Origin: an archaeon
GTDB lineage: Archaea; Asgardarchaeota; Thorarchaeia; Thorarchaeales; Thorarchaeaceae
Assembly: GCA_024275415.1 (NCBI GenBank)
Contig: JAJRZD010000064.1
Span: forward strand, 1 to 32,000
Direction of reading: 5' to 3'
Length of the DNA stretch: 32,000 bases
Shown here: piece after piece, positions 1-9,593 of the stretch
Position numbering within the stretch: the first letter of the stretch is position 1
Layout: the number at the start of each line of letters is the position of its first letter
Program-made: the position numbers and the translations under genes
Notes under the pieces: model-generated
What the model saw: the letters and a program-made list of their open reading frames with translations, nothing else
The model's database searches: none
Told to the model about the DNA's origin: nothing

Positions 1-1014
1 CTGGGAGGTTCCTTTGGCAAATGCATCTTTTTCGAAATAGCCCATAGGACCATTGGCAAAAACAACCCTTGCATCACGAATCAATGCGCTATACCGCTCA
101 ATAGTTCGAGGGCCAATATCGTATATCGGATTGCCATCTGTTATATCAAGTCCACAGTCTACTCGTTTGCCATCTTTTTCGATCCCTACGTCATCAGGAA
201 GGAATACAATATCTGGATACTTATCGAGAATATCTAATGCATTTAGAAGGACTTGATTGTGTTTGGGTACTACTTGGGCGTACTCCTTGGGGATGACGCC
301 CTTTGCCGCCAGAAAGACATTGCCGATAAGTCCTCCTAGGAGGACGTAGTCTGCCCGCCCCGCATCCAGCAGCTGCTCTATTATCCGCACCTTATCAGGC
401 ACCTTACTTCCTCCTAAAACAAGAACCCACGGATGGAGATCTTGAGCAGTTATCCTGCCAAGCACGCGTACCTCTTTCTCTAACAGTCGTCCTGCAACCG
501 ATGGTAAGACAGTCGTGAATCCAACTATCGATGCCTGGGATCTGTGCGCCGCTCCAAAAGCGTCATTTATGAAGAAATCGAACAAGGGATAGAGCTCTTG
601 AACAATGGGTTCCCTTGCGACTTCATCGATGGAACCGTTCTTGTTCTCGCCACCGAACATTCGTACATTCTCAAGGACTAGTATCTCACCCACATCAACG
701 GCTTTGATTGCGGACTTGGCCCTTTCTCCGAAGATATCACCGACAAACTTGGCGTTGAATCCTAAATCTCGTAGCCTTTCCATATGCGGTTTCAGCGAGA
801 TGAAATCATCACTCCCGGGGCGTCCTTGATGAGCTATAAGCACTACTTTGCAATTGGAGATATCTTCCAAGGTGGGAATTGTTGCCCTTATTCTAGTATC
901 GTCCAAGATCTGCTTTGTTTCGGGATCTATGGAACAGTTCATGTCAACACGAACCAGAACACGCTTTCCCCTCAAGTCGATATCATCTAGAGTCTTGAAA
1001 GGTAGGTCAGTCAT
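1..1014 (-). CDS. pgk: Phosphoglycerate kinase (partial, 3' end runs off the window)
   Basis: Manual minus-strand translation from ATG at 1014 gives MTDLPFKTLDDIDLRGKRVLVRVDMNCSID...LIAHQGRP and, at 60..1, FANGPMGYFEKDAFAKGTSQ. These are PGK signature motifs. The ORF is missing from the supplied track. Confidence 0.97.
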   Translation of the reverse strand, partial: MTDLPFKTLDDIDLRGKRVLVRVDMNCSIDPETKQILDDTRIRATIPTLEDISNCKVVLIAHQGRPGSDDFISLKPHMERLRDLGFNAKFVGDIFGERAKSAIKAVDVGEILVLENVRMFGGENKNGSIDEVAREPIVQELYPLFDFFINDAFGAAHRSQASIVGFTTVLPSVAGRLLEKEVRVLGRITAQDLHPWVLVLGGSKVPDKVRIIEQLLDAGRADYVLLGGLIGNVFLAAKGVIPKEYAQVVPKHNQVLLNALDILDKYPDIVFLPDDVGIEKDGKRVDCGLDITDGNPIYDIGPRTIERYSALIRDARVVFANGPMGYFEKDAFAKGTSQ

Positions 1015-1157
1015 CGAGTGGCATCCTCTGTGATGTTACGTATTATGACCTATCTAGCCCACAGCTCCCTCAAAAACATACCTCAGCCATTAGCAGGAAG
1101 CTCGTTCACTCTAGCAGTTTGATTCGAGAGTGTTGGATACAGGCTCAATAGTTTATA

Positions 1158-1296
1158 TGGTGCCGCAGGAGGGATTCGAGCCCTCGACTTCGAGATTTCC
1201 CATCTCGGGCCTTAGAGACATTGACCCCATAGTTTAGGTCGAAGATACGACCAAGATTATGAGTCTCGCGCCCTAACCAGGCTAGGCCACTGCGGC
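1158..1296 (-). tRNA. tRNA with CAT anticodon (probably elongator Met), 61-nt intron at 37/38 (1197..1257), encoded CCA
   Basis: Acceptor GCCGCAG/CTGCGGC+ACCA, anticodon arm CGAGA-CTCATA|A-TCTCG, T-arm GAGGG/CCCTC. Bulge-helix-bulge: CUCA pairs with intron UGGG and UCUUGG pairs with CCGAGA. Confidence 0.95.
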
Positions 1297-1407
1297 TTCG
1301 AACATGATCTCTTGTTGAGATTTGAATCTTCGATGGCTCACCACATCGACTGTCTATTAAAGTTACCTTTCTGGTTACTGTACAGTATATCATACACATC
1401 GTTATCG

Positions 1408-1421
1408 TATTACAAGTATTA
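1408..1421. repeat. TAWTAC-N2-GTAWTA palindrome, copy 1
   Basis: TATTAC-AA-GTATTA in the divergent tRNA/pan intergenic region. Confidence 0.7.
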
Positions 1422-1498
1422 GCATGTTATATAGCGTAGAAACCCCCAAGGATATGCTTAAGTAATTATCATCAAATTAGAACCAGAGGTGCCTCAGT

Positions 1499-2701
1499 AT
1501 GCCTAGTGGAACAGAGTCAAAAAAGGATGGCGAGCTCGAGGACGAAGTTCATTCACAGAGTTACACTCGTCATTTGGAGCGTAGACTAAGAGCGCTTGAA
1601 ACAGAACGTCAAATCCTGCAGGCTGAAAGGGGTAGACTTGAGAAAGAAACTCAAACGTTGCGAACTGAGCTGGAAAAGCTACGTCAAAGCCCGCTCATTA
1701 CTGGTACGATTGCAGAACTTTTGGATGACGGAAGGGCAATTGTCAAATCGTCGACAGGGCCAACATTTGTCACTCATGTTTCTTCAAGTATCCCGAAAGA
1801 AAAGATTCAACCAGGAGCTCGTGTTGCTCTTAACCAACGATCCTTCGCTGTGACTCAGGAACTACCACCTCCACGAGACCCTATGATTCGTGCGATGGAG
1901 ATTGAAGAGGCACCTGAGGTATCATACTCAGATATTGGAGGACTTCAGAATCAGCTCCGTGAAATCAGAGAAACGGTTGAACTCCCACTAATCAGGCCCG
2001 AGATTTTCAAAGAAGTAGGTATTGAGCCTCCCAAAGGTGTTCTTCTTACAGGCCCACCTGGAACAGGAAAAACATTGAGTGCTAGAGCGGTGGCTCACGA
2101 AACGAATGCCACATTCATTCGAGTGATAGGATCTGAACTTGTACAGAAGTTCATTGGCGAGGGTGCCCGTCTAGTTCGAGAAATCTTCATGATGGCAAAG
2201 GAGAAAGCTCCTGCAATCGTCTTTGTTGACGAATTGGATGCTGTGGGATCACATCGTCTGGATATCGCAACCTCTGGGGATCGAGAGGTACAGCGTACCC
2301 TTATGCAGCTCCTTAGCGAGCTTGATGGATTCGAATCTCGCGGTCAGGTTGCAATCATTGGAGCTACGAATAGACCAGATATTCTCGACCCAGCCCTTCT
2401 CAGGCCTGGGCGGTTTGACCGTATCATCGAGTTCCCTTTTCCGGATGCTTCGAGCCAGAGAGAGATATTCAAGATACATACGAGGGGCATGAATATAGAT
2501 AGTGGCGTGAATTTCGATGCGCTCGTTTCAGATAGCGTAAAATTGACTGGTGCTGATATCAAAGCCATCTGCACCGAGGCCGGAATGTTCGCTATTCGGG
2601 ATGGACAAACATGTGTGACTCAAGAACACTTCCGAAAAGCGATACAGAAAGTCAGAGAACGTGGTGGCGATAGCAACATTCCCAGCAACATCTATTGCTA
2701 G
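1499..2701 (+). CDS. pan: Proteasome-activating nucleotidase (AAA+)
   Basis: N-terminal coiled coil, OB fold, Walker A GPPGTGKT, Walker [31 protein letters not shown]-terminal HbYX (IYC). Confidence 0.96.
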   Translation: MPSGTESKKDGELEDEVHSQSYTRHLERRLRALETERQILQAERGRLEKETQTLRTELEKLRQSPLITGTIAELLDDGRAIVKSSTGPTFVTHVSSSIPKEKIQPGARVALNQRSFAVTQELPPPRDPMIRAMEIEEAPEVSYSDIGGLQNQLREIRETVELPLIRPEIFKEVGIEPPKGVLLTGPPGTGKTLSARAVAHETNATFIRVIGSELVQKFIGEGARLVREIFMMAKEKAPAIVFVDELDAVGSHRLDIATSGDREVQRTLMQLLSELDGFESRGQVAIIGATNRPDILDPALLRPGRFDRIIEFPFPDASSQREIFKIHTRGMNIDSGVNFDALVSDSVKLTGADIKAICTEAGMFAIRDGQTCVTQEHFRKAIQKVRERGGDSNIPSNIYC

Positions 2702-2803
2702 AAGAATTAGTCACTTCCAATACTTGTAGATTAGGATAACATATCCTAATAGACATGAAATGTAGTGATTTGCAAAAACGCGAGTTCTTGATGGTGAAAC
2801 ATT

Positions 2804-3625
2804 ATGAGATATCGTGAGTTTCTTGGATTGGAAATGGCCGGCAGCAATTTTGAGGGCAATGCCCTACCTAATGGATATCATCTAATTGGACATGTTGCAC
2901 TCCTCAATGTCCCAGTTGACGATTTGGAGTATATCAAAATAATTGGCAAGCTAACACTAGAGTACGACTCACGGGTCAAATCAGTGGCAGTACGAACTGG
3001 CCCGACACAGGGGATTCGCAGGATTCCTTCATACCGTGTGATTGCAGGGACAACAAATACTGTCACTACTCATGTCGAAAATGGAGTCAAATTTCACTTA
3101 GACCCACTCCGAATCACATTTTCTGGTGGAAACCGTGAAGAGCGAATATCATTCCCGAAATGGGTGAAGGGTAACGAACATGTGGTAGATATGTTTTCAT
3201 GCGTCGGTCAATTTGCTCTGCATGTTGCCTGCAAGACCAATGCCAGAGTCACTGCGATTGAGATCAATCCTGATGCCTTCAGGTTTCTAAAAGAGAATAT
3301 CTTGATCAATGCAGTCCAAGATCGGGTGGAATCTATTCTCGGCGATTGCAGGAACGTCACCCCAAATTATCCTGCAAATAGGATAATAATGGGATACTTG
3401 CATGATACTATCAAGTATATTCCTACTGCTGTTGGAATGTTATCTAGCCAAGGAGGGTGGATTCACATGCATACTGTGACCACTAAAAGGGAGTTGGCCG
3501 GATTGTGTAATACAATTAATACTCTCTGTGGGGAACACGGTTTTGATGCAACGAGTAAATGGCGCGAGATCAAAAACTACTCCCCAGGGATGACGCATTA
3601 TGTATTCGACATAGAATTGCAGTAA
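2804..3625 (+). CDS. Trm5/Taw2 (Met-10+) family SAM-dependent tRNA methyltransferase
   Basis: IGHVALL N-terminus, FSGGNREER, VVDMFSCVGQFAL motif I, EINPDA, RIIMGY, IKNYSPG. Paralog identity (Trm5a/b/c vs Taw2) is unresolved. Confidence 0.85.
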   Translation: MRYREFLGLEMAGSNFEGNALPNGYHLIGHVALLNVPVDDLEYIKIIGKLTLEYDSRVKSVAVRTGPTQGIRRIPSYRVIAGTTNTVTTHVENGVKFHLDPLRITFSGGNREERISFPKWVKGNEHVVDMFSCVGQFALHVACKTNARVTAIEINPDAFRFLKENILINAVQDRVESILGDCRNVTPNYPANRIIMGYLHDTIKYIPTAVGMLSSQGGWIHMHTVTTKRELAGLCNTINTLCGEHGFDATSKWREIKNYSPGMTHYVFDIELQ

Positions 3626-3690
3626 ATCGCATACATCAAAGCATAAGCGTTTTATCTATTATGGAGTATTAAAGAGTGAGGCTGTATTAA

Positions 3691-4071
3691 ATGGGATTTC
3701 GAGGTATGTCACCCAAGCAAATTGCTCGAATGATGAAAAAGATGGGCATAGAACAAAGTGACTTGAAAGGTGTCAAGGAGGTCATAATCCGTTTTGAAGA
3801 CAAGGAGTGGCTAATTTCGAATCCACAGGTCGGAGTAATCAAACAGGCAGGGAGCGAATCATATCAGGTTTCAGGAAATAAGGTCGTGAGGAGTATTACA
3901 TCGGGATCACCATCTACAACCTCAGAAGAACAAGTTAGAGAAATTGAGATTCCAGTGGAAGATGCTGCGTTAGTTGCTAGTCAGACAGGCGTGACAATAG
4001 AACGAGCAACTGAGGCACTAAAGGAAACAGAAGGTGATCTTGCCGCAGCAATCCTTAAACTCAAGCAGTAG
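3691..4071 (+). CDS. nac: Archaeal nascent polypeptide-associated complex protein
   Basis: MSPKQIARMMKKMGI N-terminus, NAC domain, C-terminal UBA-like EDAALVASQTGV...ALKETEGDLAAAILKL. Confidence 0.95.
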   Translation: MGFRGMSPKQIARMMKKMGIEQSDLKGVKEVIIRFEDKEWLISNPQVGVIKQAGSESYQVSGNKVVRSITSGSPSTTSEEQVREIEIPVEDAALVASQTGVTIERATEALKETEGDLAAAILKLKQ

Positions 4072-4147
4072 AAACTCTATAACAGGTTGGAATCGGTTTT
4101 TTCAACAAGTATTTGTAATTGGTATAACGGATGAAAAGTGGCTGAGA

Positions 4148-4777
4148 TCAGTCCATATCCATTCTGTCACGAATCATTTTCAAACGGATGAAATCCTCAC
4201 GTTCTCTTTCTTCAAGTGCCAATCTTACAAACCGTGCTGTGGCATCGAGACGCGGGATGACAATGGTTTCTAGAGCTGAAACCCTCCGCTTTGTACGTTC
4301 AATCTCCAATGCCAACCTCTTTACTGTAGATTCGATTTCTGCAAGCTTGGTCAGGGATTTTAACGCCTCTCTAAACTTTATACTCATAGTATCCAATCGT
4401 GCGCTCGAGTCAGGAAGAGAGTAGGGAAGTTCAGGTACGTGTTGCTCGACAGTCATCACAGGGACACGGACGCCCATCATTGATCTTGTGGCAATGCTAA
4501 TATCTGTTCGCACCTTACTGGCGTATGCAAATTCAATGACTCGTGAGGGTCCCATAACCATCTTCGCCTGAGTGAGGCTTGAGAATGCTTCAGAAAGGGT
4601 ATCTTCTACAACATTTCTGGCCTCCTTGATTTCTGCGATAGCATTGAAGAATTCCATAATGAGCGAGTCACGTTTTTCCTTCAACAGATTGTGGCCGCGC
4701 TCAGCCAATCGCATTCTGTTCTTCAGGCGTAGTAGTTCCATTCTCGTGGTTTTTGTGCCTGCAAGTATTTTACTCAT
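4148..4777 (-). CDS. atpD: A/V-type ATP synthase subunit D
   Basis: TRMELLRLKNRMRLAERGHNLLKEKRDSL and EIERTKRRVSALETIVIPRL motifs. ATG at 4777 is preceded by GAGGT. Confidence 0.95.
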   Translation of the reverse strand: MSKILAGTKTTRMELLRLKNRMRLAERGHNLLKEKRDSLIMEFFNAIAEIKEARNVVEDTLSEAFSSLTQAKMVMGPSRVIEFAYASKVRTDISIATRSMMGVRVPVMTVEQHVPELPYSLPDSSARLDTMSIKFREALKSLTKLAEIESTVKRLALEIERTKRRVSALETIVIPRLDATARFVRLALEEREREDFIRLKMIRDRMDMD

Positions 4778-4863
4778 AAACCTCACATCGTGCTGCGAAC
4801 TGTTCAGATGATTTTGTAACGAAACCGGATGCCATCAGAATCCTAAAACTGTTGTGCTGGGCA

Positions 4864-5142
4864 TTATGTGAAACCAAATGCCAAAGCACTTATTATTAGT
4901 CCAATGGTGCATGTAATGATCCAATCCCGTAGATGCTTCTCAACGTTGTTGGGATTTTCGTTAATCAAGCCAGTTGTAACAAGTGTCATGGCTGAGATGA
5001 ACAGAAATGCAAAGGGAAGGGATGCTGTAGTGTTATCTAATGGAGCATCTGTAATCAAGATGATACCGGCAAGCATACCAAAGATGAGAAAGCTAAGTAT
5101 CATGAGAGAGGTCAAGATTCGTTGGATTCGGCTGACATCCAT
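4864..5142 (-). CDS. Small three-TM membrane protein, unknown function
   Basis: ATG at 5142 is preceded by AGGAG. Three hydrophobic segments. The upstream extension in the ORF track overlaps the next gene and is probably not real. Confidence 0.7.
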   Translation of the reverse strand: MDVSRIQRILTSLMILSFLIFGMLAGIILITDAPLDNTTASLPFAFLFISAMTLVTTGLINENPNNVEKHLRDWIITCTIGLIISALAFGFT

Positions 5143-5312
5143 ACTGAGTAGTCTCCTTAGTCGTCGTATATTAGTGCGTTGCCTTGACACATCACCTTCT
5201 TCAAAAAGGTTGTGTATTGAAAGAAGCAGGTTACACTTTTTTAACATAACCTTTATCAGTAGCGGAAATGGATGTTGTATTACAATAACTACATGTGATA
5301 CGAGGTATATGG

Positions 5313-6287
5313 ATGACAATCGCCATTCATGAGTCTGCATTGATACGGCATTTCAATACAAGAAAAGAAACATTGAGAGCTTGGGAAGAAAAGATAGGTG
5401 CACGATTCAGTCCGTTTAGGGGATTCAAAATGCCTGATAGTAGGCTTTATGTCGAACATCCTGATTTTCTAGATTCGATTGTGGATTTGATTATAACCAA
5501 CGAGCGTCATATCTTTTTGAGAGGGCCTGTAGGTAGTGGGAAAAGCACTTTGATGTTGTTGGCATTGCGAGATCTTCCTACACTTGCTGATAGGAGAGGA
5601 AACAAATTCATTACTGGGTATGTAGGAATGACTGGGCTTTATGAAAAGCAGATGAGTGCTGCTATTGCAGATTCGTTGCGCATCAAATATCGAAGATCTT
5701 GGGAGTCGAGCCAAATCATCGAAGCCGTAGCTCAGGAGAGTGTGCGTAGATACATTGAGGAGAAAAGCCGTACTGCTCTGTTCATTGAAGATGTGGCAGA
5801 CAACCAGGAAGCTGCATTTCATAAGCTACGTTATCTCGCAGACCTCCCTACTGAAGAGATGAAAGATGAATATGGGACAACACTTGATGAGCCTGTAGTG
5901 ACTCTAGTCATGTCGGGGACATCAATGTATTGGAATGCTATGTTGTCATTCCTTCCACAGATTGCCGATCGAACCGAACCTCTCGATGTTCCGCCGTTGA
6001 ATGACGATAAAGCAAAAGAATTCATCGGCAGGAGACTCGCTTATGCTAGGGGCGACATCGACAAGTTCGACCCAGATGACTTCAGTATTTATCCGTTTCA
6101 CGATGATGCCATCGTTGTTCTAAATCAAGCTTCAAAGGGAAATCCTCGCGACATTCGGATGTTAGCTCGCGGCTGCCAACAGGTAGCTGCTGAGAACTAT
6201 AAAAGAACTGGCAATCCTGATGTTGATGTAGAGATTGCCACATTGGTTGCAACTGCTTACGAGTATATCTTGAAGGAGGTCAGATGA
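5313..6287 (+). CDS. ExeA-like AAA+ ATPase
   Basis: Walker A GPVGSGKST, Walker B LFIEDV, sensor-like VMSGT, and GNPRDIRML helical bundle. ATG at 5313 follows GAGGT. Confidence 0.8.
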   Translation: MTIAIHESALIRHFNTRKETLRAWEEKIGARFSPFRGFKMPDSRLYVEHPDFLDSIVDLIITNERHIFLRGPVGSGKSTLMLLALRDLPTLADRRGNKFITGYVGMTGLYEKQMSAAIADSLRIKYRRSWESSQIIEAVAQESVRRYIEEKSRTALFIEDVADNQEAAFHKLRYLADLPTEEMKDEYGTTLDEPVVTLVMSGTSMYWNAMLSFLPQIADRTEPLDVPPLNDDKAKEFIGRRLAYARGDIDKFDPDDFSIYPFHDDAIVVLNQASKGNPRDIRMLARGCQQVAAENYKRTGNPDVDVEIATLVATAYEYILKEVR

Positions 6288-6586
6288 TGAGCCTACTAGG
6301 AAAATATAGAAAGGAAGAGGAACGTCGGGATGAAGAAAAACCTCCAGACAGCCCACGGAGTTCAAAGACAAGAAAGAAGACACAGGTACGCTCAACCCCA
6401 GTTGCGGTGCCCAACAAGGAGAGGAGAAGCCCTATAATGTCGTTCAGTGTGACATCGGAACTAAGATCTTGCCTTCAGGCGGTCAGAAATGAAAAGGCCA
6501 TCAATCTTAGTTTGTGGGTAGAAAAGAAACTACGTGAAGCATTGTCTGACGAGTTCCCTCTGATTGCTGATAGATATCTTGAATAA
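6284..6586 (+). CDS. Ribbon-helix-helix protein with disordered, charged N-terminal tail
   Basis: ATGA overlap with the ATPase stop. C-terminal IMSFSV (strand) - TSELRSCLQAVRNEK (helix) - AINLSLWVEKKLREAL (helix) fits the RHH pattern. Confidence 0.7.
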   Translation: MMSLLGKYRKEEERRDEEKPPDSPRSSKTRKKTQVRSTPVAVPNKERRSPIMSFSVTSELRSCLQAVRNEKAINLSLWVEKKLREALSDEFPLIADRYLE

Positions 6587-6597
6587 TACAAGTATTA
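6584..6597. repeat. TAWTAC-N2-GTAWTA palindrome, copy 2
   Basis: TAATAC-AA-GTATTA. Its ends are the TAA stops of the two convergent genes. Confidence 0.75.
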
Positions 6598-7995
6598 TGA
6601 GTGGGCATGTCTCTGCAAAAGGTAGGCATATTCAGTAATTTTCGACATACACAGGGATGCTAAGAAAGGATCATCATAACAGGGAATACGATTCATTTCA
6701 AGCAAATCCTTGCCAGGTTTGCCAACATCACCGGATAACCAAACACCAACTACTGGTTTATCGGACTCAACTGACCGGACACCTTCGAGCATACCAGCAG
6801 CATGTTCTGTTTGGGTCATACCCGCAAAAGTTGGGACTGCACAGATTACTAATAGCATGTCCACATTGGGATCGCTTAGAAGAAGTTCTGTGGTCACTCT
6901 ATACTCACGCCTACCTCCACTGGCAACAACATCGATTGGATTACCTATTGATGCCATGGGGGACAGTACTTGGCGAAGTTCACGTGTGGTTTCGGATTCT
7001 AATGATGGAATCGCTAGGCCCAAACTGGATGCCGCGTCGGTTGCAAGCACACCTGCACCACCTGTATTACTGATAATACCTATATTACGGCCTTTCGGGA
7101 GTGGCTGATAGTCAAAGAGCTTGCATATTTCAATAAGTGAATCAAGGGTCGGGGCAGAAACACAACCGGCTTGCTTAACCATGCCATCAAAGACTCTCGT
7201 TTCGCCAGCCAAAGACCCTGTATGGCTTTGAGTTGCTCTTCCTCCGGCTTCGCTTCTTCCACCTTTCAGGATAACTATGGGTTTTTCACGGGATGCCCTG
7301 CGTAGGGATTCAAAGAGCTTCTTTCCGTTCTCGACACCTTCAATGTATATAGCGATTACTTTCGTTCTGGGATCATTTCTGAAATATTCAAGTATGTCAA
7401 CAAAACCAATATCGGCAGCATTTCCAATACTTGCAAACTTGCTGATTCCGATTCGCTTGGCACGAGTCGTATAAATCATCATTCCTCCCAGGGCTCCACT
7501 TTGAGAAAGCAAGGCAATATTGCCACGTTCAGGCATCATGGTAAACGTCCCATTGAACAAGCGGCTATTCGAAATTCCAACACAGTTAGGTCCGACAATC
7601 CTGACGCCGGCTTTCTTCGCAGCAATCACAAGTTTTTGTTCAAGCTCGAAACCTTGAGGGCCAGTTTCACTGAAACCACCCGAAATCACTATAGCGTGAC
7701 TTGCACCTGCCTGTTTTACCTCAGCCATAAGGTCTGGACAATACTTTGCACTGACTGCTATTATCACAAGGTCGACGGGGTTTGGTATTTCAGACAGACT
7801 CCTGTATACTTTTGTTCCTAGTATGCGGTCACTTGATTTGCTAATCGGATATATTTCGATTTCCGATGAGAGGAGGTTCATAAGGATGGAGTTGCCTAGC
7901 TTTCTGTAATCAGTGGACGCACCAACCAATGCGACTCTTCTAGGGTTGAAGAAAGGATCCACATCGTTATATATATCGGGCTTGGAAGAACTCAT
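6595..7995 (-). CDS. acdA: Acetate/acyl-CoA ligase (ADP-forming), alpha subunit
   Basis: CoA-binding domain VALVGAS, RIVGPNCVG, SQSGALG, phospho-His motif SHTGSLAG, NTGGAGVLATD, NPIDV. Confidence 0.9.
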   Translation of the reverse strand: MSSSKPDIYNDVDPFFNPRRVALVGASTDYRKLGNSILMNLLSSEIEIYPISKSSDRILGTKVYRSLSEIPNPVDLVIIAVSAKYCPDLMAEVKQAGASHAIVISGGFSETGPQGFELEQKLVIAAKKAGVRIVGPNCVGISNSRLFNGTFTMMPERGNIALLSQSGALGGMMIYTTRAKRIGISKFASIGNAADIGFVDILEYFRNDPRTKVIAIYIEGVENGKKLFESLRRASREKPIVILKGGRSEAGGRATQSHTGSLAGETRVFDGMVKQAGCVSAPTLDSLIEICKLFDYQPLPKGRNIGIISNTGGAGVLATDAASSLGLAIPSLESETTRELRQVLSPMASIGNPIDVVASGGRREYRVTTELLLSDPNVDMLLVICAVPTFAGMTQTEHAAGMLEGVRSVESDKPVVGVWLSGDVGKPGKDLLEMNRIPCYDDPFLASLCMSKITEYAYLLQRHAHS

Positions 7996-8040
7996 GCATG
8001 CATCGCAATCGGGATATGATTTATGTGTGTCGTGGAAGTG

Positions 8041-8054
8041 TATTACAGGTAATA
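8041..8054. repeat. TAWTAC-N2-GTAWTA palindrome, copy 3
   Basis: TATTAC-AG-GTAATA, 3 bp past the stop of ORF 8058..9320 and upstream of acdA. Confidence 0.7.
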
Positions 8055-8057
8055 GGT

Positions 8058-9320
8058 CTAATAGGTCTTATTCTTCCACATTTTCCGATAGAATCTATAA
8101 AGTTCATTGACATAGAAACAGTTACTGCTGAGCAATTCAGAAACAGCTCTTTGTGTTTCGGGGCAGCGAGGTATCAAACGACTGATGACATCAAGGATCA
8201 GACTTCGAATAGACCGATTATTAGTATGGCAGAAGATGTCAAGTAGTGTATGTGCTGATGCTTCATCATAGAAATTACCTATCGCACGGATAGCATCGGA
8301 TTTGATTCTCATATCTGGCAGCTGGACAAGTTGACTGATAGATGAAATAGAATCCACCCACCGAATGATAATATGATCTCGTAATAACGATAGGAAACTC
8401 CTGTAGTCATGGCTACTACTAGTCTGCCGGTAGTTATCAGTATGATTTCTCAAAAGATGATTAAACACAGGACAGGCATGTCTGCTGCCAAGATTCCTAA
8501 GATTCTCCACATCACATGTGATCAGAGCGTCTAAGAGAAGCCTGTATTGGGAGTTCAGAGGTTTCTGATCGTAAGAGTTGTTTGTCTTCGTAATACCTCC
8601 TTGCAGGAGTCTACTTCGCACCTCATTTGATACTTGTAATACAGATATTACAACCTGAAATACTTCGGGCGAAACGACGAGTCCTTTGATACATAGTTCA
8701 ACGAGTGCTCGTCGTCCGAATTCTGAATGCCAGAGAGGGGTGATGTTGATTGAGTTTCCAATGGTATGACATATAATACTTGAAACTGAATCCTGCTGCA
8801 ATTCTTCAACTCTAAGACGTTGTTCTCTTTGGAGTCCAATTTCATAGGGAAGCAGAGAGGGTTCGAAGAAAAGGGTGTCGTTCGATTCGATATGTTCTTC
8901 CACGGCTCGACTGATTTCTTTTATGAAACAGGTTTTTGCGCGAACGAACGAGTTTGCTTCAGAAAGGTATTGGAGAAGATTGACAATACTTCGATTGACT
9001 GGTTCAAAGCCAGCACAATCAAAGATGCTAAATATGACTTCTCTAAATTTCAAAGGTTCCAATCGTCGGGTAGGATTGTCGCCGTCCAATGGGACGGAAT
9101 ACTTCATACTAGACGCACGGATGAGAAATGTAACCGCACTCTCCCAATCAATTTGATTTTCGATTTTCCAGAGGATATCCTGGACATCCCGTATACGCCG
9201 CTCCCCAATTGCATTACAGATCCTTTGAGCTATCTCGTTGTCTTGACTCTCTTGGATCCTCTTTCTACTAGCAGCCAATAATCGATTGATTGTACTGTCG
9301 TCACCCAAGATGATCCCCAC
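8058..9320 (-). CDS. Hypothetical helical protein with C-terminal HEAT-like repeats
   Basis: 420-aa ORF. C-terminal DMRIKSDAIRAIGNF...SIRSLILDVISRL resembles HEAT repeats. Confidence 0.7.
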   Translation of the reverse strand: MGIILGDDSTINRLLAASRKRIQESQDNEIAQRICNAIGERRIRDVQDILWKIENQIDWESAVTFLIRASSMKYSVPLDGDNPTRRLEPLKFREVIFSIFDCAGFEPVNRSIVNLLQYLSEANSFVRAKTCFIKEISRAVEEHIESNDTLFFEPSLLPYEIGLQREQRLRVEELQQDSVSSIICHTIGNSINITPLWHSEFGRRALVELCIKGLVVSPEVFQVVISVLQVSNEVRSRLLQGGITKTNNSYDQKPLNSQYRLLLDALITCDVENLRNLGSRHACPVFNHLLRNHTDNYRQTSSSHDYRSFLSLLRDHIIIRWVDSISSISQLVQLPDMRIKSDAIRAIGNFYDEASAHTLLDIFCHTNNRSIRSLILDVISRLIPRCPETQRAVSELLSSNCFYVNELYRFYRKMWKNKTY

Positions 9321-9593
9321 ATATGTGATAAGCGTAATAATATATCAAGAGGAAAAAAGTATTTCTTGTATTATATATATTGGTTGTAATACATGTATAG
9401 TATCTCCAACGTGTCATTATTACTACTAAAATAGGTGCAACTTAGCTTCGTTCTAAGATTAGAACTATGTATTATTGTTACACAAGTAAGTATGAATGTG
9501 TCGTGTCATACGATATGACTGCCATGAGATCGTTTCAATCAATAACGTAAATGAATCGTCGATTCTATCTCTATCTCCTCAAAAGCAATAAAC

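Noticed and set aside
53-1033. Several plus-strand ORFs of 61-74 aa
   Set aside because: They are antisense shadows of pgk.
1197-1257. Possible box C/D guide RNA in the tRNA intron
   Set aside because: No RUGAUGA C box or CUGA D box pair is visible.
1145-1399. 84-aa minus-strand ORF
   Set aside because: It overlaps the tRNA gene and has no protein-like features.
2718-2731. CAATAC-TT-GTAGAT downstream of pan
   Set aside because: It has too many mismatches to the TAWTAC-N2-GTAWTA consensus to count.
3950-3960. TTCCAGTGGAA, a perfect ORB core, inside nac
   Set aside because: It has no G-string and is explained by the codons for I-P-V-E.
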